Source of the DNA: Nanobdellota archaeon
GTDB taxonomy: Archaea; Nanobdellota; Nanobdellia; Woesearchaeales; UBA583
Length of the DNA: 64,000 nucleotides
NCBI GenBank assembly: GCA_022565615.1
Contig: JAIUMM010000003.1
Coordinates: 1,012-65,011 of the forward strand
Reading direction: 5' to 3'
Positions 50,768 to 60,523 of the stretch are shown one piece after another (positions within the stretch are counted from its first letter, which is position 1; each line of letters starts with the position of its first letter). The notes under the pieces were generated by a model. That model was not told the DNA's origin and searched no databases. It was given only the letters and a program-made list of their open reading frames with translations. A program made the translations under genes and the position numbers.

Positions 50768-51769
50768 ATGAACAAAAGACCTCTTTTAAAAATTGGACCT
50801 GATTCATATGGAATCACAATACCAAAACAATGGGTTGAAGAATTTAATTTAATTGAAAATTCACAAATATACTTAAAAAATCACAGTAATTTCATCTCAA
50901 TTCACGCCTCCGAGATTAAAGTTGATAACAAAGAAGCTATAATTAATTTTGACGATATTTCACTTAAAATATTCAATAAAATTCTAATCTCATACTATAT
51001 CAAAAACTACTCCACAATAACAATTCAAGGAGAAAATATTACTCAAAGAATTGATTCAATTAAATCTTATATCTCAAAACTCCCAAATCTTGAAATTATT
51101 GAAATTCAATCAACTAAATTAATCCTCTACAATCCAATTAACTCAAATAACTATAAATTAGAAGAATTAATTAAAAATATGAAAAAATCCATCAAATCAA
51201 TGATTGAAATTTTAATAGAAGAAATTAATACTACTCATTATACCAGCTCAAATCATAATAAAATAAAATTATTAGACTCTACTTTAAATCAACTATATTT
51301 TATTTCAATTAAAACATTAAATTATAAAATTGAAATAGAACAAGACTTTAAAATATTACAAAATTTTGGATATTATTCAAAAATTGTAAGTTTACTTGAG
51401 AAAATTGGAGATATTTTAAAAAGGATTTCAAAATACTTAATAAGTTATAAAATAGATTCTAAAGAAGATGATTTTCAACCTCTCAATCAAAGCAATACAA
51501 TTGTTTTAGAATTATTTGAAACTATAAAGAAGTATCATCAATTATTTGAAACTTTAGAACTAAATTTAAAATTATTAGAAAATTCAACACTAAATAATAT
51601 TCAAGATAAAAAAAATTCAATTTTAAAAATTCTTGAAGACTATACTCAAAATAATATTAAGCATCCAAAAGAATATCAAATTCAACTAGTAGTAGCACAA
51701 TTACTTAAAGATTTATTAGGAACATATGATGAAATTTTAATATTAATAATTGATTTAAGTTTAGAATAA
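50768..51769 (+). CDS. AbrB/SpoVT-domain protein with PhoU-like helical C-terminal region
   Basis: LLKIGPDSYGITIPKQWVEEFNLIENSQIYL is a swapped-hairpin AbrB-type motif. The long helical-repeat C-terminus is as in archaeal PhoU-like regulators. Confidence 0.55.
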   Translation: MNKRPLLKIGPDSYGITIPKQWVEEFNLIENSQIYLKNHSNFISIHASEIKVDNKEAIINFDDISLKIFNKILISYYIKNYSTITIQGENITQRIDSIKSYISKLPNLEIIEIQSTKLILYNPINSNNYKLEELIKNMKKSIKSMIEILIEEINTTHYTSSNHNKIKLLDSTLNQLYFISIKTLNYKIEIEQDFKILQNFGYYSKIVSLLEKIGDILKRISKYLISYKIDSKEDDFQPLNQSNTIVLELFETIKKYHQLFETLELNLKLLENSTLNNIQDKKNSILKILEDYTQNNIKHPKEYQIQLVVAQLLKDLLGTYDEILILIIDLSLE

Positions 51770-51883
51770 TTGATATTAAAATATAAACGCAAATTATTTG
51801 AAAAAAGTTTTATTAGACCTACATATTTAACTACTTAAAAATTATTATAAATCTCTAAAAAATTAAACATTAATAATTAATTA

Positions 51884-52321
51884 ATGAAAAATCAAATTCT
51901 GGTAACTTCTGTTGATGAAATTGTGACATTTATTAAACATAATCCACACAAAACAATTGCTGAGATTTCAAAAGTCTTTAAAATTAAAGAAGATATTGTA
52001 GATAAGTGGGTTGCAGTTCTTGAAGAATATAATGTTTGTAAAGTTGAATTTCATGGACTAGAAGGAAAAGTAGAATTTATTGAAGATACTAAAACTAAAA
52101 AAAAAGTTAAAGTTGATCAAATTAAAGATCTTTTCATCAGAGCATGTTATGCTAAAAAAATTTCAACTGATAAAATGAAAGAACTGTGGGTACTATTTTT
52201 TGATGAATACGAAATTGAAATTAAAAAAGAGTTTGAAAAAGAATGTGAAGAAAAGAAATTTGATAAGAAAAAAATTCCTCTAGCTTGGGAGAGATTTAAA
52301 CAAGTAAATAAAACATTATAA
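51884..52321 (+). CDS. small winged-helix-like protein with Lys/Glu-rich tail; first gene of the type IV filament operon
   Basis: VDEIVTFIKHNPHKTIAEISKVFKIKEDIVDKWVAVLEEYNVCKVEF. There are 9 nt to the next gene. Confidence 0.4.
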   Translation: MKNQILVTSVDEIVTFIKHNPHKTIAEISKVFKIKEDIVDKWVAVLEEYNVCKVEFHGLEGKVEFIEDTKTKKKVKVDQIKDLFIRACYAKKISTDKMKELWVLFFDEYEIEIKKEFEKECEEKKFDKKKIPLAWERFKQVNKTL

Positions 52322-52330
52322 GAGATAAAA

Positions 52331-53584
52331 ATGGCAATTGATTTTGAAGAATTTTTAAATAAAGCACTAGCTAGTAACTCTGGAGTTAGTGATGATATTT
52401 TTGAGGAAGAACTTGATGAAACTGAAGAAAAAGAGGAAGAAATAATCAATTCTATTTCAATTGAACCAATTTTAGAACAAATTAAAAATCTTAAAGAAAA
52501 AGCGTTAGACACCCCTGAGAAGTTTAAAGAAATTTATTCTAAATTTGAAGAATTTGAGAAGAATTATCCTTATTTTTTTATAGATATACAATCTAATCTC
52601 TATGATAATCAATCAATTTTAAAAACTAAATATTTACAAGATACATTAACTAAAGAAAATGAAAAAGTTGAAAAAATCAATATATTTTTTGAAAATCAAT
52701 TTAAAGAAGTTGAAGAATTAATAAAACAAAACAAATTTCAAAATGCACACAATAAAATAATCTCCCTAAATTATGAAATATATCAAATCCCACAATCTTA
52801 TACAAAATTAAAATTTAATTTACTTAAAAAAAATTTATTTCAAATAAATAATTATTATAATCAACAGCAAAAAATAAAAACTCAATTATTAAAAGAATAT
52901 ATCAATTCAATGAAATATATTCTATCTCAAAAAAATACTATTTTTTCAAGTATTAATAGAACCGAGTTAGATGAATTAATTAAAAGTATTCAAATTTTAT
53001 TTTTAAAAAGAAGAATAGAATTTGATTTATATTTAGGCGAATATTTCCAAAAATTTATCTCATTTAATAATAAATTAATTGAACATAGACTAGAATTACA
53101 AACAAGATGTGAAAATGATTTTATAAAATATTTTACAATGTTAGAATCTAAATTTCAAAACTACTTAGAACAAAAACAAGTGTATGAAGCATTAGTTGTA
53201 TTAGAAGTAACTCATATGTTATTAAAAAAAGAAACTTGTTATAATCAAGATTTAAAAATAACATATTTTTTAAAATTAATAGAATATAAAAAAGAAATTA
53301 ATAAATTAAGTTATGCTACTAAAAAAGGATTTAGTGAAGAAGAATTAACTCTTTGTTATGCATACTCTAAGTTAAATTTGATTAATCTCTTAAATCACTC
53401 AATAATTAGATTTAATAAAAATGAAATTAAAGAAACTATTAATGAAATTTATAATCTTGAAAATTTAAAAAATAATCATAAAAAACTAATATTAAATAGA
53501 ATTATTACTAAATTCAAACCTTCAAATAATAGTAAAGAAAAATCTAATACTAGAATAACAACTAATGTAAATACTAAAAAATGA
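52331..53584 (+). CDS. 417-aa helical protein of unknown function; overlaps the ATPase gene by 4 nt
   Basis: Acidic N-terminus followed by a long predicted alpha-helical region. The ATGA overlap with 53581 implies translational coupling. Confidence 0.4.
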   Translation: MAIDFEEFLNKALASNSGVSDDIFEEELDETEEKEEEIINSISIEPILEQIKNLKEKALDTPEKFKEIYSKFEEFEKNYPYFFIDIQSNLYDNQSILKTKYLQDTLTKENEKVEKINIFFENQFKEVEELIKQNKFQNAHNKIISLNYEIYQIPQSYTKLKFNLLKKNLFQINNYYNQQQKIKTQLLKEYINSMKYILSQKNTIFSSINRTELDELIKSIQILFLKRRIEFDLYLGEYFQKFISFNNKLIEHRLELQTRCENDFIKYFTMLESKFQNYLEQKQVYEALVVLEVTHMLLKKETCYNQDLKITYFLKLIEYKKEINKLSYATKKGFSEEELTLCYAYSKLNLINLLNHSIIRFNKNEIKETINEIYNLENLKNNHKKLILNRIITKFKPSNNSKEKSNTRITTNVNTKK

Positions 53585-55089
53585 AAATTTTAAAACAATA
53601 TGAGGTTTTTTTTGAAGGAGTTGGAATTCCAATTACAATTTATGAAGAACCTAAACAATTTGTCCCAATTTATGAAGTTGGAATTTTAGAACTTGGAAAA
53701 TATACTCAATTAATTGTTAAAAAAATTAAAGAAGACTTACTTAGAGAAGGAGTTTTAGATTCATTTTCAAGAAAAACTAATGTTGGATATGAAGAAATTA
53801 AACAAGCATATATGGACAAAATTAAAGAATTATTGAACTATTATTTTCCAAATATTTCTTTTGATGAAAAATCAAAAATTTTAACTGTCATTCTTCAAAC
53901 TAGTTTTGATTTAGGGTACGTAGATATTTTAGTTAGTGATTCACAAATAGAGGAAGTTACTATTAATGGTGCAAAAAATGAAATCATGATTTATCACAGA
54001 ACATTTGGATGGTGTAAAACTAATTTAAACTTTAAAGATGATGTTGAAATTAGAAATATTGCAACTAGAGTTGCAATGGAGAACAAGAAATTTTTTTCAA
54101 ATTTAAATCCTCTTCTAGATGCACACCTCTTAGGAGGACATCGTGTAAATGCAACACTTTCTCCAATTTCAACTGATGGTTCAACTATGACTATTAGACG
54201 ATTCTCCGATACTCCTTGGACTGTATGCGATTTAATTAGGGCTAAAACTTCTACACCTTTAGGACTTGCAATTATTTGGCTTGCAATTGAAAATGAATTT
54301 TCATTAATAGTAGTTGGAGGGACAGGATCAGGTAAAACTTCATTTTTAAATGCAATTTCAGGATTTATTCCTGCTGATCAAAGAATTATCTCAGTTGAAG
54401 ATACAAGAGAAGTAAGACTTCCCGAATATGCTCATTGGGTTCCAATGGAGTCAAGATCAGCGAATCAAGAAGGAAAAGGAGAAGTTTCAATGCTTCATTT
54501 AATTGTGAATAGTCTTCGTATGAGACCTGATAGAATTTTAATTGGAGAAATTAGACGTAAAGAAGAAGCTGAAATTTTATTTGAAGCAATGAGAACTGGA
54601 CACAGTGTATATGGTACATTTCACGCAAATACTGCTGAGGAGATGGTTCTGCGTATGTCTTCATCACCAATTGAGATTCCAAAAATTACTCTAAACTCAC
54701 TTGGTTTAATAGTAGTTCAGCACAGAGATAGAAAAAATGGAAGAAGAATTACTCTACAAATTGCAGAAATGACTCCTGAAGGAGATAGTAGGGTAATTTT
54801 TCAATATAACCCTAAAAAAGATGATTTAGAACTTAAAAGAAAACCTAAATATTTTATGGACAAACTTGATGAGTTTCATGGAATTGATTCTGAAGAATTT
54901 TTAGAAGAATTAAAACACAGAGCTTGGTTTTTAAACGCTTTAAGTGAAGCAGGTGCAAAAGATATCACTCAAATTGGAAATTATATTAACCAATATAATA
55001 AAGATAAAGATAAAATTTTACTTAAACTCTCAAAACTTGTTGAAAAAAAGAAAAAACATAAAAAAGCATTAAACAATAATAATAAATAG
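53581..55089 (+). CDS. type II/IV secretion-family ATPase (PilB/ArlI/TadA-like)
   Basis: VTINGAKNEIMIYH, Walker A GGTGSGKTSFLNA, Asp box RIISVEDTRE, Walker B PDRILIGEIR, His box GHSVYGTFHA; 502 aa. Confidence 0.85.
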   Translation: MKILKQYEVFFEGVGIPITIYEEPKQFVPIYEVGILELGKYTQLIVKKIKEDLLREGVLDSFSRKTNVGYEEIKQAYMDKIKELLNYYFPNISFDEKSKILTVILQTSFDLGYVDILVSDSQIEEVTINGAKNEIMIYHRTFGWCKTNLNFKDDVEIRNIATRVAMENKKFFSNLNPLLDAHLLGGHRVNATLSPISTDGSTMTIRRFSDTPWTVCDLIRAKTSTPLGLAIIWLAIENEFSLIVVGGTGSGKTSFLNAISGFIPADQRIISVEDTREVRLPEYAHWVPMESRSANQEGKGEVSMLHLIVNSLRMRPDRILIGEIRRKEEAEILFEAMRTGHSVYGTFHANTAEEMVLRMSSSPIEIPKITLNSLGLIVVQHRDRKNGRRITLQIAEMTPEGDSRVIFQYNPKKDDLELKRKPKYFMDKLDEFHGIDSEEFLEELKHRAWFLNALSEAGAKDITQIGNYINQYNKDKDKILLKLSKLVEKKKKHKKALNNNNK

Positions 55090-55092
55090 AAT

Positions 55093-55908
55093 ATGGTTTT
55101 AAAAGAAATTATTAGAAAAATTGCCTCAAAATATCCTAATTTAAACCATAAATTAAAACTTGCAGGTTTAAATCAAAGTCCATTTCAATATATTTTTCAA
55201 ACTATTGCATTAACAGGAATGATTTGTGCAGGAATTTTTATATTTATATTTATTTTGTTCTCATCAAGTCCAAATTTTTTAACACTACTTATTGGAAGTA
55301 TTTTAGCAATTCCTCTAATTTATTTATTTTTATTTTCAATTGCAGATGTTAAAGCAAAACAACTTGGAAGAGAACTTGATAGAGATTTACTCTTTGTATC
55401 AGAATATTTACTTGTAACACTTGAATCAGGAATTCCTCTTCCTAATGCACTTGAAGAAATGAGTAAAATTCAAAGACCTGGTGGAATCTATTTTGAGAGA
55501 ATTTTAAGAGAGTTTAAAATGGGTGAAGATTTAGAACAAACGCTTGATGATGCAATTGATTACTGTCCTTCTGAAGATTTTAGAAACTTAATTAAAAAAT
55601 TAAGAGATAGTTTAAGTATTGGTGTTCAATTGGATAAAACATTAGTTGATTTTGTAGAAGAGAGTTCTGATAAAAAATTAATTGAAATTCAAGGATACTC
55701 TAAAAAATTAAATCCTCTTATTATGATGTATTTAGTTCTTGGAATTGTAGTACCATCACTAGGTGTTACTTTTTTTATTTTATTTGCAGCAATTAGTGGG
55801 ATGAGTGAAGGTATGCTTGCATTTATTCTTTCAATAATATTTTTATTTATGTTTTTATTTCAATACATTGCATACTCTTCCCTTAAATTTAGTAAATCAA
55901 CTCTTTAA
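55093..55908 (+). CDS. type II secretion system F-domain platform protein (TadB-like half)
   Basis: Single T2SSF-type domain (LESGIPLPNALEEMSK...) flanked by TM helices; 271 aa. Confidence 0.7.
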   Translation: MVLKEIIRKIASKYPNLNHKLKLAGLNQSPFQYIFQTIALTGMICAGIFIFIFILFSSSPNFLTLLIGSILAIPLIYLFLFSIADVKAKQLGRELDRDLLFVSEYLLVTLESGIPLPNALEEMSKIQRPGGIYFERILREFKMGEDLEQTLDDAIDYCPSEDFRNLIKKLRDSLSIGVQLDKTLVDFVEESSDKKLIEIQGYSKKLNPLIMMYLVLGIVVPSLGVTFFILFAAISGMSEGMLAFILSIIFLFMFLFQYIAYSSLKFSKSTL

Positions 55909-55922
55909 AAAAAAATATAAAA

Positions 55923-56969
55923 ATGGCAAATAATATTATTTCATTAAAAAATTTAGGAAAACTCTTAATGCCTAATAAAATTCTCTCACTACAATATTCT
56001 GATAAAATAAAAGTAGCATATGAAAGAGTAAATGGTGAAAAGATTCGATACGAAATTATGTTCTATTTTTATATTTCTTCATTTTTTTTAAGTCTAATAA
56101 TTTCTTTTTATTTGCTTGACTATGTCTATTTTTTTCTAGAAAATTTCATGAACTCAACATTATATCAAGTAGGAATATTTACACTTTACTTTTCAATTAT
56201 TCAAATTTCAGTATATTATGGTATTTTAATTGGTTATTTAATTAAATTTGATTCCAAAATTACTCAATATGAAATTAATGTTGAAAAAGATTTACCTGAC
56301 TTTTTAGATAACTTGATTTCAAATTTAAAAGGTGGATTAATTCTTGAAAAAGCTCTAATGAGATCAGTTAGAGATGACCAGAAAGAATTACTTCACGAAG
56401 TTACATTAATTAATGAAAAAATATTATCAGGAACATCAGTTGAAAAAGCATTAAGTGAAATGAGAGAGAGGTTTAATTCACAAATAATTTCAAGAACACT
56501 TTTTTTAATTATTGAAGGATTAAAGGGAGGAGGAAATTTGTCAGCACCACTTGAGAGAATTTCAAATAACTTGAAAAAACTCTATCTTTTAGATAGTGAA
56601 GTTAAATCAAGTGTTGGAGGATTTACAGTTGTAATTAAAGCAATTGGTGGATTTTTAGCCCCAGCTCTTTTTGCACTAGCAATTACTCTATTGGTATTTA
56701 TTGGTGATTTATTAGTCCTATTATCTAGTAGTGGAACTAATGTCATTGCAATGTCTGAATTACCTGAGAATTTTGTATTTTATTTAGTTACATTTTCATA
56801 TTCAATGATTGTTCTAGTTTCTATTTTTTCAAATTTAATTACATCCCAACTTAAAAATGAAGAAGGATATAAAGCTCTTAAAAGTATCCCCATTACAATT
56901 ATCTTATCTTCCTTTCTATACTACTATCTCTCTGATATTTTAATTGCATATTTCTCAAATATTATTTAA
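55923..56969 (+). CDS. type II secretion system F-domain platform protein (TadC-like half)
   Basis: Single T2SSF-type domain (LKGGLILEKALMRSV..., GLKGGGNLSAPLERIS) plus TM helices; 348 aa. Confidence 0.7.
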   Translation: MANNIISLKNLGKLLMPNKILSLQYSDKIKVAYERVNGEKIRYEIMFYFYISSFFLSLIISFYLLDYVYFFLENFMNSTLYQVGIFTLYFSIIQISVYYGILIGYLIKFDSKITQYEINVEKDLPDFLDNLISNLKGGLILEKALMRSVRDDQKELLHEVTLINEKILSGTSVEKALSEMRERFNSQIISRTLFLIIEGLKGGGNLSAPLERISNNLKKLYLLDSEVKSSVGGFTVVIKAIGGFLAPALFALAITLLVFIGDLLVLLSSSGTNVIAMSELPENFVFYLVTFSYSMIVLVSIFSNLITSQLKNEEGYKALKSIPITIILSSFLYYYLSDILIAYFSNII

Positions 56970-57060
56970 TAATATTAATAATTATAATTCAGTTTTTAAC
57001 TAAAGTTTAATTATAAAATAAATAGATACTTTTTTAAACAATTTACACAATTATATTGAT

Positions 57061-57282
57061 ATGGAAGAATGGAAAGTTATTTCAAAAGAAGAGTTTGACT
57101 TAGATGAAGAAGGTAATTTTATAGAAGTTTCTTTAAAAGAACATCCAATTAGCAAAGAATTGTTATATGGGATTTCTAAAGGATGGAAAAATAAAGAAGG
57201 GTTTAAAAAATATAAATCTAATATTATTATATCAAAAGAAAATAAAGATAAATTAGTTAAATTATTATCTAAAATTGAATAA
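57061..57282 (+). CDS. hypothetical small protein (73 aa)
   Basis: Isolated ORF, Lys/Glu-rich. No family recognised. Confidence 0.3.
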   Translation: MEEWKVISKEEFDLDEEGNFIEVSLKEHPISKELLYGISKGWKNKEGFKKYKSNIIISKENKDKLVKLLSKIE

Positions 57283-57406
57283 TCATTAAAAATATTTAAT
57301 TTTGTAACTAATTACAATATCTATTCTACAATATTTTTATTATTATTTGTGTTATTATAAAAAAGTTAAACTAAATATTATTAATATAATAATATATAAT
57401 TTAAAT

Positions 57407-58693
57407 ATGAAAATAAATCATATACAAGCAATTGAAATTTTAGATTCAAGAGGAAATCCTACTGTAAAAGTTGAAATGTTACTCGAAGATGGATCTTTTG
57501 GAGATTTTAGTGTTCCTTCTGGTGCTTCAACAGGAATTCATGAAGCTCATGAATTAAGAGATGAGGACCCTTTAAGATATCATAAAAAAGGAGTATTAAA
57601 AGTAATTGAAAATATTAATTCTATCAAAAATGATTTATATAAGCGTTCTTTTACTCAAACATCATTAGATGAATTTTTAATTACTAAAGATGGAACTACT
57701 AATAAGAACAATTTAGGTGCTAATGCAATTCTAGGAATTAGTATAGCATTTGCAAAAGCTTGTTCTAAACATTACAATTTGCCATTATATGAATATTTAC
57801 ATAGACTCTATGAAAATAAAGGAATGCGTTCAAAAACTACTCTTAGTTCCCACACACCACTTTTATTCTCTAATATTATTAATGGAGGGGAGCATGCAGA
57901 TAATGACTTAATGGTTCAAGAATGTATGATTATATGTAATTCTAGAAATATTCAAGAAAGTGTAAGAAAAACTTCTGAAGTATATCAATCATTAAAGAGT
58001 GAAATTAAAAAAAAATATGGTGCTGGAAGTACTGGTCTTGGAGATGAAGGAGGATTTGCACCTAATGTGAAAAATGTTGAAGATTCATTCAATTTAATTA
58101 CAAAAGTATTAAAACATTTAAATTATACTTCTAATTTTGTGTTTGCAATTGATGCAGCTGCTTCTGAGTTTTATAATGAAAAAGAGAAAACATATGAAAT
58201 TGAAAAAGGTAAAAAAGTAAAATCTAAAGAACTAAATGAATATTATAAAGAATTAATTTCAAAATTTCCTTTAGTCTCTATTGAAGATTCTTTCTCAGAA
58301 GATGATTTTTCAGGTTTTGCTAGTTTTCAAAAAATGATATCTAAATTATCTAAAGAAGAAAACCCATTCTCAAATATTTTAAGTGTTGGAGATGATTTAT
58401 TAGTTACAAATCCTCAAAGAATCAAATTAGGAATTGAAAAACAATTGTGTAATGCACTACTTTTAAAAATTAATCAAATTGGAACATTAACTGAGAGTTT
58501 TAAAGCAGCAAAACTTGCTCAAGAACAAGGTTGGAGTGTTATTGTATCACACAGATCTGGTGAGACTATTGACTCATTTATCTCAGATTTAGCAGTTGCA
58601 ATTGGAGGGGAAATTAAACTTGGAGCTCCTGCAAGAGGAGAGAGAGTTGCTAAATATAATAGACTCTTAGAAATTTGTAGAAATTTTAACTAA
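57407..58693 (+). CDS. eno: enolase
   Basis: IEILDSRGNPTVKVE, SGASTGIHEAHELRD, DDLLVTNP, SHRSGETID. The ORF-track start at 57347 adds 20 implausible residues; the ATG at 57407 gives the canonical N-terminus. Confidence 0.95.
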   Translation: MKINHIQAIEILDSRGNPTVKVEMLLEDGSFGDFSVPSGASTGIHEAHELRDEDPLRYHKKGVLKVIENINSIKNDLYKRSFTQTSLDEFLITKDGTTNKNNLGANAILGISIAFAKACSKHYNLPLYEYLHRLYENKGMRSKTTLSSHTPLLFSNIINGGEHADNDLMVQECMIICNSRNIQESVRKTSEVYQSLKSEIKKKYGAGSTGLGDEGGFAPNVKNVEDSFNLITKVLKHLNYTSNFVFAIDAAASEFYNEKEKTYEIEKGKKVKSKELNEYYKELISKFPLVSIEDSFSEDDFSGFASFQKMISKLSKEENPFSNILSVGDDLLVTNPQRIKLGIEKQLCNALLLKINQIGTLTESFKAAKLAQEQGWSVIVSHRSGETIDSFISDLAVAIGGEIKLGAPARGERVAKYNRLLEICRNFN

Positions 58694-58753
58694 TAGAAAC
58701 TCAAATTAAAAAACATAAGTTTTTTAAAGAGATTTTAATTTTATTTACTTAAT

Positions 58754-58825
58754 GCGTCTATAGCTCAGGGGTAGAGCGGCTGCCTTGTAAGCAGCAGGCC
58801 GTGGGTTCAAATCCCACTAGGCGCT
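58754..58825 (+). tRNA. tRNA-Thr (anticodon TGT)
   Basis: Acceptor GCGTCTA/TAGGCGC, D arm AGCTCAGGGGTAGAGC, anticodon loop CTTGTAA, T arm GTGGG-TTCAAAT-CCCAC. Confidence 0.9.
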
Positions 58826-58912
58826 TATTCTAAGCTTTATTGTGATTTTCACCCACTACGTGGTAAGCAAAAATTTATTCTAAATTTTTTTATATTTAGT
58901 AAAACTAAATAT

Positions 58913-58936
58913 TTCAAATCCCACTGGGCGCTTATT
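58913..58936 (+). repeat. 24-nt echo (1 mismatch) of the tRNA-Thr 3' end
   Basis: TTCAAATCCCACTAGGCGCTTATT at 58806-58829 is matched by TTCAAATCCCACTGGGCGCTTATT at 58913-58936. Confidence 0.8.
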
Positions 58937-59001
58937 TTAATTTTTTATATATCTTAGTAAAATAAAAAAATTTATATTCTTATAAACCTTATAGTAATAT
59001 A

Positions 59002-59502
59002 ATGTCTAAACCAATTGAAGTTCTACCTTCTCCTTTTAATTTTCTTGAAAAGATATTTAATGAAATCCAAGAGCTAAATATTGATATTTCTTCATTTGAA
59101 TGCGACCATATTTGTTATAGAGTTGAAACATATGAAAGATATAAAGAATTAAAAAATAAGTTACAAACAATAGGTGAATTTCTAAGTGAAGAGATAATTG
59201 CAAATAGACCTATTTCAACATTTAAGCTTTTTGCTCCAATTAAGTTTAAAGATAAAACTATCTCGTGTTTGGAACTTCCTGCTCCTAAAGAAAACTCTTC
59301 ATACAATGAAGGATTCGAACACATAGAATTTGTAATTAATGAGAGTTTTTCTACATTTATGCAAAAGTATCCAAATTTAACATTTAAGATTTCATCAATA
59401 AATAAACAAATGAATCCTGAAATCTCTTTAGAATTAAAAGGAGGAACAATTAAATTTCATCACAATTCATTAGAATATGTTGTAAAATATCTTCAAACTT
59501 GA
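59002..59502 (+). CDS. yecM: YecM-family (VOC-fold) protein
   Basis: CDHICYRV...LSEEIIANRPISTFKLFAPI...CLELPAP...YNEGFEHIEFVI...TIKFHHNSLEYVV is collinear with E. coli YecM as I remember it (DHISLRC...GRPICLFKL...GWEHIEIVL...IKFHP). Confidence 0.7.
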   Translation: MSKPIEVLPSPFNFLEKIFNEIQELNIDISSFECDHICYRVETYERYKELKNKLQTIGEFLSEEIIANRPISTFKLFAPIKFKDKTISCLELPAPKENSSYNEGFEHIEFVINESFSTFMQKYPNLTFKISSINKQMNPEISLELKGGTIKFHHNSLEYVVKYLQT

Positions 59503-59593
59503 TATATAATTAAATAAAATTAAACAAAATGGTTATGTTGTTGTATGTTATAGTGACATAACTTTAAAAATTATTCTCTTTAAAAAATACTTA

Positions 59594-60514
59594 ATGAAGT
59601 CCTCAATTTTGAAGTATTTGTTACTTCTAATAGCTCTTTTGTCTTCTATCTCTCTTGGATTTTCAAGTACAGTATTTGAATTGTTTAGTGATGTTTCTAT
59701 AATATTTCAAAATATGGGTCCTGAAGTTGCATATTTTATTTCATTTGTTCTTCTAACAGTTTTATTTTTTGTAATATTTAAACAAGGTACTGTGAGAATG
59801 CTTCCAAATAATTCAAGGGGAGCTAAAGCAGTTGCAGTTATTCTAGGTTTATTTGCAGCTATTGGGTTAGTTACACATGAAAGATTAGCAAATACAGATA
59901 ATGTACTCATAGCAATTGGACAGGGAGTTTTATTTCCAGTATTATTACTGGCACTATTTGCAGGTTCATGGGCAGTTTTAAGAGGTATTAATGGAGCAAA
60001 AGTAAGTGGATTTGGTAAAATTTTAATGTATTTAGGATTTTTAGTACTATTTACATTTGCATTTATTCAATTAATGATTTTTGGAGGTGCAACATTATTT
60101 AGTGGAATAATTCAAACAGACTTTGTTCAAGGAATTATTAGTTTCTTTACTTACTTATTAATTGTGCTTACAATCATCTTTGTAGTAGCTTTAATATTTA
60201 TCTTCTTCACAGTAAAAGAATTTTTAGAATTATTTGATAGTTCTGATGATGAATCAGTTCTTGCAAGAGCAAGAAAAAAGAAAAAAGAGAAAAAAATTCA
60301 AGATGCAAATACAATTGAGCAACTCAATCAACTTAAAAAAGCATTTCAAAAAATGAAAAATGCTTATGATGACAAAGCAGTTCATTTAAGAGACATTGGA
60401 AATATGGGAGATATTAGAACAACTCTTGATAGAGCAGAAGAAGTTCCACCTCAAGATACTGATGGAAGAGGATTATATAAAGCTCCTCAAAACTTTGGAG
60501 GTCCTTTTAAATAA
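59594..60514 (+). CDS. polytopic membrane protein with charged cytoplasmic tail; first gene of an uncharacterised three-gene operon
   Basis: Signal-like N-terminus and about 6 TM helices. The tail is DSSDDESVLARARKKKKEKK... and ends in GGPFK. Confidence 0.5.
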   Translation: MKSSILKYLLLLIALLSSISLGFSSTVFELFSDVSIIFQNMGPEVAYFISFVLLTVLFFVIFKQGTVRMLPNNSRGAKAVAVILGLFAAIGLVTHERLANTDNVLIAIGQGVLFPVLLLALFAGSWAVLRGINGAKVSGFGKILMYLGFLVLFTFAFIQLMIFGGATLFSGIIQTDFVQGIISFFTYLLIVLTIIFVVALIFIFFTVKEFLELFDSSDDESVLARARKKKKEKKIQDANTIEQLNQLKKAFQKMKNAYDDKAVHLRDIGNMGDIRTTLDRAEEVPPQDTDGRGLYKAPQNFGGPFK

Positions 60515-60523
60515 ATTAGAAAA

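Noticed and set aside
50049-57282. Pilin genes within or next to the type IV filament operon
   Set aside because: None of the small ORFs (50049-50699, 57061-57282) has a class III signal peptide, meaning a short basic leader, a cleavage motif and a hydrophobic helix. 50049-50699 starts directly with a TM helix and has no cleavage motif.
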